Positions 46,686 to 58,488 of a DNA stretch of 64,000 bases are shown here, piece by piece (the stretch's first letter is position 1; every line of letters begins with the position of its first letter). Under the pieces are notes generated by a model. The model saw only the letters and a list, made by a program, of their open reading frames with translations. It did no database searches and was not told where the DNA came from. Origin of the DNA: Planktothrix sp. GU0601_MAG3 (GTDB lineage Bacteria; Cyanobacteriota; Cyanobacteriia; Cyanobacteriales; Microcoleaceae); contig CP136572.1 of NCBI GenBank assembly GCA_035193785.1, positions 960,001-1,024,000 of the forward strand, read 5' to 3'. The position numbers were made by a program, and so were the translations under genes.

Positions 46686-49600
46686 TTAGAGTTTTTCAGA
46701 CAGAGGTTTTGGATAAAACGTTCCAGCTTTTTGAGATTGTCCGGCCCCATTTTTATCCTTTTTAGGTTGGGGAAATAAAACCTTGCCAAATTGAGAATAA
46801 AGGGCGGGAATTACAATTAATGTTAATACCGTTGATGTAAATAATCCTCCTAAAACAACAATAGCTAAGGGTTGCAAAATTTCCTTTCCTGCCCCAGTTC
46901 CTACAACTAATGGCCCCAACCCTAATGCCGAAGTAAAAGCGGTCATTAAAATCGCATTTAAGCGTTCCATTGAGCCTTGAATAATCACCTCTTGAATGGG
47001 CAATCCTTCGGCAAATTTAGTATTGTAATTATCAACTAATAATAACCCATTTCTAGCGGCAACTCCAAATAAAGTAATAAATCCCACCAGAGAAGCAACG
47101 GAAATAATCCCAGTGGTAAAAGCAACGGAAATCACACCGCCAATTAACCCTAAAGGTAAATTAATCATAATCATGGCAGTGGAAGGAATAGATTTAACTG
47201 ATAAATACATTAAAAAACTAATAATTATAAAAGCAATTAATGTAAAAATAATTAAATCTTGAGTTGCCCGTTGTTCTGATTCAAATTGCCCGCCATATTC
47301 GATAAAATACCCTGTAGGAAGTTGCACCTGTTGTTTAACTTGGCTTTGAATTTCATTGACAATAGACCGTAAATCTCGACCAGAAGCATTAGCAGAAACC
47401 ACAATTAAACGGGAGACATTTTCGCGGTTAATGGTATTGGGGCCAGTGCCATAATCAATTTTAGCGACCTGTGCTAAGGGGATTTTTTGACCTGCGGGAG
47501 TATCAATTAATAAATTACCCAGGGTTTCTAAATTATTTCGCGAATTTTCAGGAAGCCAAACTAATAAATCAAAGGTTTGTTGTTGTTCTAAGACTTGCGA
47601 CACGACCCGACCATTTAAAGCCGTTTCTATCATATTAGAAATTGCCCCCACCGTTAACCCATAGCGTCCCGCTTGTTGGCGGTCAAATTGAATATTAATT
47701 TGTTGAATAGGTACTTGAGGTTTCCAGTTGTAAATCCACAATCCCATTCACGGTTTTCATTAAATCTTCAATCTGTTTTCCTAACCGCCGTAATTCTTCT
47801 AAATCTGGGCCAAATATTTTAACCGCAATGGCACTTCTTACCCCCGATAAAACCTCATCCATGCGGTGAGAAATAAATCCCCCAATATTAGGAGCAACTC
47901 CGGGTAATTTTGCAAATTCTTCTCGGATTTTTTCAATACTTTCTTTTCGCTCTTGAATCCCTTTTTCACTTAATTCTACATCTAAATGGGCTGTATTCAC
48001 ACCCGCCGCATCCGCATCCCCTGGAGCCCGTCCTGAACGCAATTGAATGTAATCAAATCTAGGGTCATCTTTCAGGGCTTCCTGCATGGCAAAACCTGCC
48101 CGATTTGTGGCTTCTAAAGATACCCCAGGATAGAGGGTTAAAGTATTAACTAAAGAGCGTTCTTGAAATTCTGGTAAAAATATTCTTCCCAAGGATGGAA
48201 CAATAATAATTGTGGCAATTAAACTGGCAAAAGCGATCGCTAAAATAATTTTAGCAGATGACATCGAAAATTTCAAAATAGAACCATAAATCCGTTTAAA
48301 AAATTGAGCAATAGCCGTTTCTTCCTCCGGTAATCTTCCTTTGGGTAATAAAATCGCACAGAGGGCTGGAGTAACTGTTAAAGCCGTTATTCCTGATGTT
48401 AAAACCACCACTAAATAGGCAATTCCCATCGGCGCAAAAATTCGACCTTCTACTCCTTGCAAAGCAAACACGGGAGAAAATATTACTCCCGTAATTAGTG
48501 TGGCTCCAAATAGAGAATCACGGACTTCTTGGCAGCCTTCAAAAACAATTTCTAAAGCGGGTCTAGGATGGGGAGATAATCGATTTTCGCGTAAACATCT
48601 ATAGACATTTTCGACATCCACAATGGCATCATCAACGGCATTACCAATGGCAACGGCTAACCCCCCTAATGTCATGGTATTGAGTCCCTGACCTAAAAAA
48701 TTTAAGCCTAATAATCCTAATAATAAAGATAGCGGTAAAGCAGTTAAACTAACAACTAGCGCTCGCCCATTCATCAAAAAAGGAATTAAAATCAGAGCCA
48801 CAATAATACTTCCTTCAATTAAAGCCGCTCGGACATTTTCAATAGAAGCCTCAATAAAATCTTCCTGTCTAAAAGTGTTATCAATTTGAATTCCTTCGGG
48901 TAAACTCGCTTTAATTTCCGCCATGGCTGCTTCAATATTTCGCGTCACCGTTGGAGTATCGGCTTGGGGTTGTTTATTAATTAAAATCACAACCGCAGGT
49001 TTTCCATTTAACCAGCCATCCCCCCGTTTTAAGGCTGCACCAATTCTAACTTCTGCTATATCTTTTAATCGAATTGGAATACCATTCCGAGAGGTAATTA
49101 CGGATTCTTTTAAATCTTCAATTGAGGTAATTCGCCCCACTCCTCTAATTAAAAATTCTTGGTCAGGATTAGTTAAAAATCCCCCGGGTGCGTTAGTATT
49201 AGCTTGTTCTGCGGCTTCAGTAACCGCCTGTAAGGAAATATCAAAGGCTTTAAGTTTTGATGGGTCAACTAATACCTGATATTGACGAATATCTCCCCCA
49301 TAAACTACCACTTGAGATACCCCAGAAACCGCTAGTAAACGGTTGGTAATTTGCCAATCTACCAGTCTTCTAACTTCCATTAAATTCATTTTTGAGGATG
49401 AATTTTTACCCGGGGATGCAAGAGGATTAACCGAATCAGTATATTTTTGATCATCGGTTAAAGTTAAGGCATATTGAACAACGGTACTAATGGGGGAAGT
49501 AACTGGAGAAATCTGGGGGGAATTAACCCCATTAGGGAGTTTTTCTTGAGCTTGTTGTAATCGTTCTGTTACTAATTGTCTAGCTCTATAAATATCAGTA

Positions 49601-49899
49601 TTCCAGTTAAAAATTACCTTAACTACTGATAATCCAATGCCAGAAGCAGAACGTACTGTTGTTACTCCTGGCGTGCCATTAATAGCACTTTCAATGGGTA
49701 AAGTTACTAAAGATTCGACTTCTTCTGGCGCTAGTCCTGGTGCTTCTGTTTGGATTTCCACTTGAGGCGGTGCAAAGACCGGAAACACATCAACAGGCAT
49801 TTGAGAAACGACGCTAATAATCCAAATTGTAATCACCGCCGCCAGTAAAATTACCAGATATCTTTGTCTAATTGACCAACGAATTAATGTACTTAACAT
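46686..49899 (-). CDS. CusA/CzcA-family heavy-metal RND permease (apparent frameshift at GTTTC 47720-47724)
   Basis: VDVFP, GLAPEEVE, VDDAIVDVEN and RLNAILMTA. Confidence 0.93.
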
Positions 49900-49988
49900 G
49901 GTAATTCATAAAAAATAAACGAATATAAACAAATCCCCCTGTTGTTGTTCTTTTTAGAACCTAAGCCCAACAACTAAGTTAATTTTTC

Positions 49989-51885
49989 CTATGAACGATG
50001 ATGATTATTACTGGGTAATTCACAATATTGACCGATAGATTCTTGAGGTAAATCCTTCAATTCTGAAAGGGAAAATTGATCAGTATAAATAGGTTTTTTC
50101 TGTTGGGTGCGACGACCTAACCAAAATGCCCCGATTACGATTATCCCCCCCACAGGTAAAACCATTAAATCAGGTGAAAATAGAGAAAATTCTGTTGAAT
50201 TTACAGGCAGTTGAGGCGGTTTTTTTTCTGCTTTTTGACTTCCTCCCCGTAAGGATTGAGCATAGAGTTGTAACGCCCCTTGAATAACAATTTGGTCTCC
50301 TTCAAATAATCCTTTTTTAATTTCTGTTTTTTGATTAAATTTCTCCCCTAAAGTTACTTCAACGGGAGCAAAACCATCACCATTTTGGACATAAACTAAA
50401 TTTTTACCACTCATATTAACCACGGCATTTTCAGGAATTGATAACACCTGATTAACGGTTTGAGAGGTAATTAATTCTAATTCAGCAAACATCCCTGGTT
50501 TCAATTTTCCCTCTAAATTATCTAATTCTGCCCAAACCGGAATTACCCGACTTTCGCCTGCAACTGTTGGGGATATTTTGGTAATTTTCCCTGGAAAAAC
50601 TTGATTTTCTAATCCTGATACCTTCACCTGTACCCGTTGACCGACTTTAATATCTTTTAAATCTTTTTCATAAATATTTGCCGTTACTAAAACATGACTA
50701 TTATCCTGAATTGTCATAATTGGTAAACCAGCATCATCCACCGATTGACCTAATGTAATATCTCGATGACTGACAACTCCTGAAATCGGAGAGGTAATTG
50801 TTACAGTTCCATCTTGGTCTGCCCCCGTTCCTAACTGTCTTAACCTGGTTTCATAAGCTGTTTGACTCAAATTAAATCGGGATTTTGTGGCTTCTAATTC
50901 GGCTTTTGAGCGTTTTACTTCCGCTTCAGCTTCTAAAACTTCTCGCCGTTGTTTGGCTTTGACTAATTCGGTTTTGGCTGTGGCTAATAGGGTTTCTGAT
51001 TCCCGTAAATCTCGCACGGGTAAATCAATTTCCGACTGTCTAATAGTGGTTTTAGCTGCTAATACATCACGCTGACTTTTGGCTTTGACTAAATCCGCTT
51101 TAGCTTGGGATAAATGGGCTTGAGATTCTAAAAAAGTTCGTTGAGGAATTGCTCCAGTTTCTGCTAATTTTTGATCCTGATTATATTGTTCTTGAGCCAC
51201 GGCTAATTCTGTTTCTGCTTGGGAAATTTCCGCTTCAGCAATTTTAATTTGTTGCTCATAGTTTTCCTTGGCAATACTAACAACAGCCCCTTGATTGACG
51301 ATAGAGTTATCCCGTTGATAACGGGCTTGGGCTGCTACTAATTGATTTTGGGCTTGTTCAATTTCGGCATTAGCAATATTAACTTGACGTTGATAGTTTT
51401 CTTGTGCTAATATAAAATTAGTTTGTGCCTGCTTAACTTCTGATTCTGTGGTGGCTAAATTTTGCAGGGATTCTACTCGTAATGAGACTAATTCAGGACT
51501 GGATAAAACCGCAATTGCTTCTCCTTTTTGCACCCTATCCCCTGGTTCTACGAATAACTGGACAATTTTACCAGCAGTAGGAGAGGTAATTTCTACTTTT
51601 TTATCGGGTAAACTTTCAATCTGTCCTGTGGCTTTAATTCCCCCATCCATGAATTCTTTTCTCACAGGTTTCTACTCGAATTCCCATGCGTTGAATAGTC
51701 TGGGAATCTACTTTAATTCCGGTGGCGGGTGTCGCCTCCATATTCCCTTCAAATTCATGTCCGCCATGTCCGCCATGGGCGAATACAATATTGGGAGTTG
51801 TTAGTAGTAAAATAGCGAGAAGGGTTCCTGACCCATAAGCGAGTCGAGAAACCCATAAACGGAAACTTAAGCAGTTCATCATCAT
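49989..51885 (-). CDS. RND periplasmic adaptor, CusB/CzcB-like (apparent frameshift at GTTTC 51668-51672)
   Basis: Signal peptide then AHGGHGGHEF, lipoyl motifs, long coiled coil, LKPGMFA. Confidence 0.9.
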
Positions 51886-51933
51886 CAAGCGAGTATTGCT
51901 ATGGGTTCTGTCTTTGTAGTTTCCAACATAAAT

Positions 51934-51950
51934 ATGAAATCAGGATGAAA
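51934..51950 (-). promoter_or_regulatory. CopR-type direct repeat TTTCAT-N5-TTTCAT
   Basis: Minus strand TTTCATCCTGATTTCAT about 50 bp upstream of the adaptor gene. Confidence 0.6.
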
Positions 51951-52047
51951 TCAGAAGTTTCAGGACTTACGCATAAGACCCAATAAACCAGGTTTTTGAA
52001 CAGAAAATATGAATTTTATTCGCAAAATCTGAACTAGAAATCTGAAA

Positions 52048-52938
52048 TTAGGGTTGAAATTCAGAAGATTGAGACAGTTTCCGAAATAACGATTTATACC
52101 AAATAAAAATTCCAATTGCACTCAAACATAATAACCCCATTACCCCCGCTAAGGGATTTTTATCAATTCCGGTGATAGCCTCAGAAACGGTTTCCGAATA
52201 ATTAATTAATTGCCCAATATTAATGATATAATAACCCCAAACTAGCCCCCCATGTAAACCCATGGGTAAACCCAGCCAACCGGAGGGACTTAACCGCAAA
52301 CTATTAGAAGAAGCCGGAAACCAAGCTAGTTTTGAGATAACTAATATTAATCCTAATAACACTAAACCGGGAAATTGTAAAGCAGTTCTTTGAATTTCTG
52401 CTAAAGGTTTAATAAAATGTAACCCCGCAAAAATTATACTATTAATTCCCAGAGAAATTTTAGGTTTGTAATCCCGTTTTAGTTCATCTAGTAACCATCC
52501 CCGAAAAAATAATTCTTCCGCAAAACCAATTCCCAGAGCCACTAAAAATCCTTCTAAAACAATTCTTAAAAAATTAGGGTTTGCAGGTTGCCATATTACC
52601 CAACCGAACAGGGATTCTATGATAAATAATCCCATTAAACTGAATAATCCTAATAATAATCCTTTGAGATAATTTTGATAATTTCTAAGATTAAAAACTA
52701 AACCATAGCGAGTTAGGGGGTGAGATTCCCGATAAATTAATTTTGCCCAAAAGTGAATTAAAATAATAAACTCGACATACAGAAAAATCAACGTAATAAT
52801 ACTAACAAAATTGCGATCGCTTACCAACAAATAAAAAGGTGCCGCCAGGGGAAGCCAAAGCAACACCAAAACCAGGAGAAAAATAAAAATTCTCAAAAAA
52901 GCAGGATATTCTCTTAAAAATTCAAGATCGTATTTCAA
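52048..52938 (-). CDS. CPBP-family intramembrane metalloprotease (Abi/CAAX)
   Basis: EELFFRG, FAGLH and GLHGG motifs. Confidence 0.88.
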   Translation of the reverse strand: MKYDLEFLREYPAFLRIFIFLLVLVLLWLPLAAPFYLLVSDRNFVSIITLIFLYVEFIILIHFWAKLIYRESHPLTRYGLVFNLRNYQNYLKGLLLGLFSLMGLFIIESLFGWVIWQPANPNFLRIVLEGFLVALGIGFAEELFFRGWLLDELKRDYKPKISLGINSIIFAGLHFIKPLAEIQRTALQFPGLVLLGLILVISKLAWFPASSNSLRLSPSGWLGLPMGLHGGLVWGYYIINIGQLINYSETVSEAITGIDKNPLAGVMGLLCLSAIGIFIWYKSLFRKLSQSSEFQP

Positions 52939-52964
52939 ACCAATTTTCCTATATTTTAGGAGAT

Positions 52965-53246
52965 TTATTCATCGGGTTCAATAGTGCTAATCAGTCCGTG
53001 ATTTTTCAAAGTTTCGCAGTAAAATTCCGCGTGTTCTTGAGCACAAGTGATCACCAAGGCGAGATTATTAGTATGGGCCTCCATCATAATACTCACCGCC
53101 TGGGGTTGAGTCAAACTGGGAACCGTTGTCATCAACACTTGGACAACATACTCCATGGAATTATAATCATCGTTATGTAGCAAAACCCGATAACGGGGGG
53201 CAATTTTTCTAACGGTGGCACTCTTTTGTACTGTCTCAACAGACAC
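52965..53246 (-). CDS. clpS: Clp protease adaptor ClpS
   Basis: YRVLLHNDDYNSMEYVV...IMMEAH. Confidence 0.95.
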   Translation of the reverse strand: MSVETVQKSATVRKIAPRYRVLLHNDDYNSMEYVVQVLMTTVPSLTQPQAVSIMMEAHTNNLALVITCAQEHAEFYCETLKNHGLISTIEPDE

Positions 53247-53508
53247 GGCTTTTTCTCCTTTTTGAAAATATCAAAGGGTTGAGGGTAAATAGACCCTATC
53301 AATAATCAGACTTTATACAGTTTAATCAATCATTGCGATCGCGACAAGGTTGCACTGGAATGTAGGGAAACTGGGTATAGGGTGCGTAATAGACCAGCGC
53401 GTGCACCGTTCAATTTCCAACAACCCACAACCAACGGCCAAACGCGATAACATATTAGAAGGAATATACTCTACTCTAGTTTGAGTGTTTCAACCCTGTT
53501 GAGTTTTT

Positions 53509-54027
53509 ATGAGACGTAGAACCAAAATGGCACCTGCTAAACCGTCACTCTTTAATTACACAGCTTTAGCAGTAATTGGCGGGGTACTGATTCTGGGAAT
53601 TGGGCTGGGAATTGCGATTAGTTCCACCACCACCTTAACACCATCAAACGTAGCCTCCAGTCAATTCATCGACCAAAATGCACCGAATACCGAAACCTGT
53701 ATTAAATTTGGTGCGAGTGCGATGGTCACAGATTTGCGTGTCTTTGTCACCCTAAACCCCTTCAATGTGTATGTAACACAGCCCAAACTGCAACCAGGAT
53801 GTGTTCTACGCACCAGTAACTGGGCGATTTTAAAACAACGGAATCTCCTGAATAATGAACAAGAGCGAGATTGTAGACAACGAATGAATACCTTTGGATT
53901 CACAGGGGAATTAGAAAGTAACCCCACCATTAACTGTATTTATCAAAACGATGGTGCAGCTAACCTGTTTATCAACCAACCAGGAAGCATTCAAACCCCC
54001 GCAGGGCCGGAAACAGAACGATTTTAA
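53509..54027 (+). CDS. DUF3172-like protein
   Basis: N-terminal TM, FVTLNPFNVYVTQP, GCVLR and CRQRMNTFGFTG. Confidence 0.75.
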   Translation: MRRRTKMAPAKPSLFNYTALAVIGGVLILGIGLGIAISSTTTLTPSNVASSQFIDQNAPNTETCIKFGASAMVTDLRVFVTLNPFNVYVTQPKLQPGCVLRTSNWAILKQRNLLNNEQERDCRQRMNTFGFTGELESNPTINCIYQNDGAANLFINQPGSIQTPAGPETERF

Positions 54028-54040
54028 ATTGCTGCTTAAG

Positions 54041-54132
54041 CAGGACTTACGCAGAATACCCAATTATACACCATCTGTAGGGGCGAATGGCCATTCGCCC
54101 CTACTAGATATGGTTGTTTTGCGTAAGTCCTG
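54041..54132. mobile_element. 92-bp MITE with TTAAG target duplication carrying a REP palindrome
   Basis: Perfect 13-bp TIR CAGGACTTACGCA/TGCGTAAGTCCTG; TTAAG on both sides; REP at 54077-54104. Confidence 0.85.
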
Positions 54133-54137
54133 TTAAG

Positions 54138-54268
54138 GGAACAGGGAACAGGGAACAGGGAAACAGGGAATTACGAATTACGAATTACGAATTACGAATT
54201 ACGAATTACGAATTACGGATAGGAATGGGTAATGGGGAATTACGAATTACGAATTACGAATTACGAAT
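54138..54268. repeat. STRR heptamer arrays (GGAACAG, AATTACG)
   Basis: Tandem 7-mers. Confidence 0.9.
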
Positions 54269-54287
54269 GGGTAATAGCAAAAGTTTA

Positions 54288-54538
54288 CCTCCCCTGCTCC
54301 CCCTGCCTCCCCTGCTCCCCCTGCCTCCCCTGCTCCCCCTGCTCCCCCTGCTCCCCCTGCTCCCCTGCCTCCCCCACTCCCCCTGCCTCCCCTGCTCCCC
54401 TGCCTCCCCCACTCCCCCTGCTCCCCCTGCTCCCCCTGCTCCCCCACTCCCCCTGCTCCCCTGCTCCCCCTGCCTCCCCCACTCCCCCTGCTCCCCTGCT
54501 CCCCCTGCTCCCCCTGCTCCCCTGCTCCCCCTGCTCCC
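54288..54538. repeat. C-rich 8-9-mer tandem array (CTCCCCTG variants)
   Basis: About 250 bp of CTCCCC(C)TG/CTCCCCCA units. Confidence 0.95.
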
Positions 54539-54557
54539 AATTCAACTCAATGCAATC

Positions 54558-55055
54558 TTAAAGGCCAATTACATACTTTTGCCACTCTTTGTTCATCCCA
54601 CTCTTAACGTGCCTAGTCACCTCAAAATAGAGGCTACTATGGGGTTTACGCGGTGGGGTGCGCAAAGTCATTCCCGCTTCTTTAGGAGTGCGACTGCCCT
54701 TTCTGACATTACAGCAAACACAGGCTGAAACTAAATTTTCCCAGGTATCCCCGCCACCGCGAGACCTTGGAATTACATGATCTAGGGTTAAATCCTCTCC
54801 GGCGTGACCACAGTATTGACAAGAATGGCTATCTCGGTGCAATATATTCCTTCGGGTGAGTGGAATATCTTTATAGGGAACTCGAACATAGTGGCGCAGC
54901 CTAATCACCGTTGGCAAAGGAAAATCGGGGAGAATGAATTTTCCATTATGCTCAACCTGCTCGGCTTTTTCTTTGAGTAATAAGACAACCGCCCGTCGCC
55001 AGGTCGTAATATTGAGTGGCTCATAGGAGGCGTTCAATACCAAAACACTACCCAT
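54558..55055 (-). CDS. HNH endonuclease family protein
   Basis: [28 protein letters not shown] and CNVRKG. Confidence 0.92.
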   Translation of the reverse strand: MGSVLVLNASYEPLNITTWRRAVVLLLKEKAEQVEHNGKFILPDFPLPTVIRLRHYVRVPYKDIPLTRRNILHRDSHSCQYCGHAGEDLTLDHVIPRSRGGGDTWENLVSACVCCNVRKGSRTPKEAGMTLRTPPRKPHSSLYFEVTRHVKSGMNKEWQKYVIGL

Positions 55056-55128
55056 TGGCTAGATTTTGCGATAAGATTTGACCGATATTAACACACCTTA
55101 AGGCCTTCGGGGGTTAAACGGCAAAAAT

Positions 55129-56334
55129 ATGGTGAGTGGAAAACCTATTTCTATTGGAAACACGACTTTACCCAATTGGGAAATAGAAGTGGGAATTCGT
55201 CAACGGGCGTGGGTGGAAGTGGATTTAGATGCGATCGCAGAAAATATCCGCCAGCTTAAAAGTTTATTATCTCCCCAAACAAAATTAATGGCGGTGGTCA
55301 AAGCCGACGCCTACGGACATGGGGCGGTTTCCGTGGCTAAAACCGTTTGTCAGGCGGGTGCGGGGTGGTTAGCCGTCGCCACCCTTCCCGAAGGCATAGA
55401 ATTACGGGAAGCGGGTATTAAAACACCGATATTACTCTTGGGGGCGATCCATACGGCCGAAGAAGTCCAAGCGATCGCCCATTGGCAACTTCAGCCGACT
55501 TTATGCACACCCCAACAAGCATTATTATTCTCAGAAACTTTAAATCAATTAAACCAATCTTTAGCAGTTCAAATTAAGATTGATACCGGAATGTCACGGT
55601 TAGGAACTCCTTGGCAACAAGGGTTAGAATTTTTTAAATTAGTTCAACGATTACCTAATTTAGAATTAGCCGGAATTTATTCCCACTTTGCCACGGCCGA
55701 TAGTCCCGATCCCACGGTGATGCGCCAACAACATTATCGTTATGAAAATGTAATTAATGAAATAAGAGATCATTGGCAATCTGATTCAGATCTAAAATTC
55801 CCCTTATTACATATTGCTAACTCGGCGGCTACCTTAGCCGATCAGAATTTACATTATGATATGGTGCGAATTGGATTAAGTGTTTATGGTCTTTATCCTG
55901 CCCCCCATTTAGCATCTGTAGTTAACTTAAAACCCGGTATGCAAATTAAAGCCCGGGTAACACAAGTTAAAACCATCGAAGCCGGAACAGGAGTCAGTTA
56001 TGGCTATCAATTTATTGCCAAAAAACAGACCAAAATTGCCGTAATCGGAATTGGTTATGCCGATGGAATTCCTCGCAATCTTTCTAATAAAATCAAAGTC
56101 TTAATTCGGGGTCAATTAGTTTCTCAAATTGGCACAATTACCATGGATCAAATTATGTTAGACGTGAGTGAAATTCCAGATTTACAGGTCGGAGAAGTCG
56201 TTACCCTATTAGGTAAAGATGGAGAATATGCGATTTCCGCCGATGATTGGGCGCAGACCCTCGGCACAATTTCATGGGAAATTCTTTGTGGATTTAAACA
56301 TCGACTTCCCCGGGTTAATATTATGAATAAATAG
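55129..56334 (+). CDS. alr: Alanine racemase
   Basis: AVVKADAYGHG, DTGMSRLG, SHFA and GVSYG. Confidence 0.95.
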   Translation: MVSGKPISIGNTTLPNWEIEVGIRQRAWVEVDLDAIAENIRQLKSLLSPQTKLMAVVKADAYGHGAVSVAKTVCQAGAGWLAVATLPEGIELREAGIKTPILLLGAIHTAEEVQAIAHWQLQPTLCTPQQALLFSETLNQLNQSLAVQIKIDTGMSRLGTPWQQGLEFFKLVQRLPNLELAGIYSHFATADSPDPTVMRQQHYRYENVINEIRDHWQSDSDLKFPLLHIANSAATLADQNLHYDMVRIGLSVYGLYPAPHLASVVNLKPGMQIKARVTQVKTIEAGTGVSYGYQFIAKKQTKIAVIGIGYADGIPRNLSNKIKVLIRGQLVSQIGTITMDQIMLDVSEIPDLQVGEVVTLLGKDGEYAISADDWAQTLGTISWEILCGFKHRLPRVNIMNK

Positions 56335-56352
56335 TTATTTAGGATATCCGTT

Positions 56353-57274
56353 GTGGTTCATCATCACTCCCATGATCATTCCCATAGTCATGCCCCAAAA
56401 ACCTATAACCGGGCTTTTCAAATCGGTATTGGTTTAAATATTGGCTTTGTGTTAATCGAGGTAGGCTTTGGATTAATTACCCAATCCTTGGCACTACTGG
56501 CCGATGCCGGACACAACCTAAGTGATGTTCTGGGACTGTTACTGGCCTGGGGTGCTAGTTACCTGGGGCAACGTCCGCCCAATCAAACCTATACCTATGG
56601 TTGGCGGCGATCGTCAATTTTAGCCGCCCTACTGAATGGAATTTTGCTGCTACTGGCGATGGGAGCCATTACCTGGGAGGCTTTGCGCCGCCTCCAAGAA
56701 CCCACTCCCGTGCCGGGCACGACCCTAATTTGGGTGGCTGGGGTGGGGGTGGTGATCAATACCCTGACCGCCCTGTTGTTTGTCTCCGGGGGCAAGAAAG
56801 ACATTAATATTCGGGGTGCGTTTCTGCACATGGCGGCGGATGCGTTGGTTTCTCTGGGGGTGGTGTTCGCCGGAATCGCCATTTTACTTACGGGGTGGCT
56901 ATGGTTTGATCCCGTTATCAGTTTAGTGATTGTGGTCGTGATTGTGGTAGGGACTTGGAACTTGCTGCGGGACGCCCTAGGATTAATTTTGGATCGAGTA
57001 CCCAAGCACATCGAAACCCCTGGCGGTACGGGCTTTTCTGCAAGAGTTACCTGGGGTGGCACAAGTCCATGATCTTCATATTTGGGGCATGAGTACCACA
57101 GAAACGGCCCTAACTGCCCATTTGGTAATGCCCGGAGGCTGTCCAGGGGATGGCTTTTTAGCCCATATCAGTCAGGAATTGCATCATCACTTTGATATCG
57201 ACCATCCCACCCTACAAGTTGAAACCGGGGATGAGCAGTATCCCTGTCCCCTAGAGCCTGACAATCTTGTTTAA
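56353..57274 (+). CDS. Cation diffusion facilitator, CzcD-like (apparent frameshift at GAAAC 57013-57017)
   Basis: His-rich N-terminus, LADAGHNLSD, AFLHMAAD and VHDLHIW. Confidence 0.92.
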
Positions 57275-57278
57275 GGGT

Positions 57279-57360
57279 AATTACGAATTACGAATTACGA
57301 ATTACGAATTACGAATTACGAATTACGAATTACGAATGGGTAAGAGGTAATGGGTAATGG
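57279..57360. repeat. STRR heptamer array (AATTACG, GGTAATG)
   Basis: Tandem 7-mers between convergent genes. Confidence 0.9.
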
Positions 57361-57410
57361 TAGGGACTTGAGTTATGGCAGTTGCTGCATCTGTCTATAT
57401 TTTTACCGTT

Positions 57411-58472
57411 TTAAATAGGTTGAACTTGTAACCAATTGGCGGCATCTATTCCCGATTTTAATGCCCCTTCAATTTGATTTCCGCCGCACCAGTCCCCCGC
57501 ACAAACTAGGGGTAATGGAGTCATATTTGTTAGGCAAGAAACGTTTAAAGGTGTTCGACAAAAGGCATAACGCCAGCGATGAATTTGCATCCATTCAGGA
57601 GTATCTAACCAGGGTAATAAAGTATTTGCAGCTTGATTAATTAATTTTTGTCCGACGGCGTTTAAATCAGTTTCTTCTAAATATTGTTGAGCAAAATTAC
57701 TATTACTTTGAAGCACAAAAACAGGCTGGGTAGAATTTAATCGTTTACTGCTATCTATTCCCACCCAAGCTAATATAGGATCATCGGAGAACGTTACCGC
57801 TTTCCACTTGGGAATATCCGAATTATGTTCTTGAGCATAACCAGCCATTACCGTAATACAAGGATCATACTCAACGGATTTTATCTGATTTAAAAAAGTA
57901 GATTCCAACTCAATATTAGATGATTCTAATAACATCAAGGCTTGGGGGGCAGGAATGGCGATAACCAGAGATTTTGCTGTTACTATTTCAGATAATTCTG
58001 GATTGTTTTTATCGGTTAATTCTATATGACATTGCCAATGATTTTCCCTTGTAATTGTCAGGGATTCAACTCGACTATTTAACTGAATATTTAAGCCCTC
58101 AGCCATGATTTTTCCCACGGTATTCATCCCAGAAGGCATAATATAATGGGGTTGGGAAATAGCTTGAGGTTGGAGTTGATTTTGTTTAAACTCATAGGGA
58201 GTATTTATCCAAAGTTGTAACTGATTTTCTAGGGGTTCATCGGTGGTTAATTGTTGAATTAATTGTTGTAAAAGTTCCCCTTGCGGTTCCAAATAACGCA
58301 CCCCATGATCTGCCAGAGTTCCCGATACTCGTCGGGTCGCCATCCGGCCTCCCACCCCCCTTGATTTATCTAAAACTATCACCTTATATCCAGCTTTTCC
58401 TAACTGTTGAGCGCAGGTTAAACCCGAAACCCCCGCACCAATAACGGCGACATCAAATATTATTGAATTCAT
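57411..58472 (-). CDS. Renalase-like NAD/FAD-dependent oxidoreductase
   Basis: VIGAGVSG, DKSRGVGGRMATRR, DHG, RWRYA and AGDW. Confidence 0.88.
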   Translation of the reverse strand: MNSIIFDVAVIGAGVSGLTCAQQLGKAGYKVIVLDKSRGVGGRMATRRVSGTLADHGVRYLEPQGELLQQLIQQLTTDEPLENQLQLWINTPYEFKQNQLQPQAISQPHYIMPSGMNTVGKIMAEGLNIQLNSRVESLTITRENHWQCHIELTDKNNPELSEIVTAKSLVIAIPAPQALMLLESSNIELESTFLNQIKSVEYDPCITVMAGYAQEHNSDIPKWKAVTFSDDPILAWVGIDSSKRLNSTQPVFVLQSNSNFAQQYLEETDLNAVGQKLINQAANTLLPWLDTPEWMQIHRWRYAFCRTPLNVSCLTNMTPLPLVCAGDWCGGNQIEGALKSGIDAANWLQVQPI

Positions 58473-58488
58473 GGGTATTGTTAATTCG

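Noticed and set aside
54114..54728. Pro/Leu- and Gly/Glu-rich ORFs in several frames
   Set aside because: They are translations of low-complexity repeats that lack stop codons.
54558..55055. HNH gene as a mobile or defence element
   Set aside because: It resembles the conserved cyanobacterial HNH protein divergent from alr, with no mobility signature.
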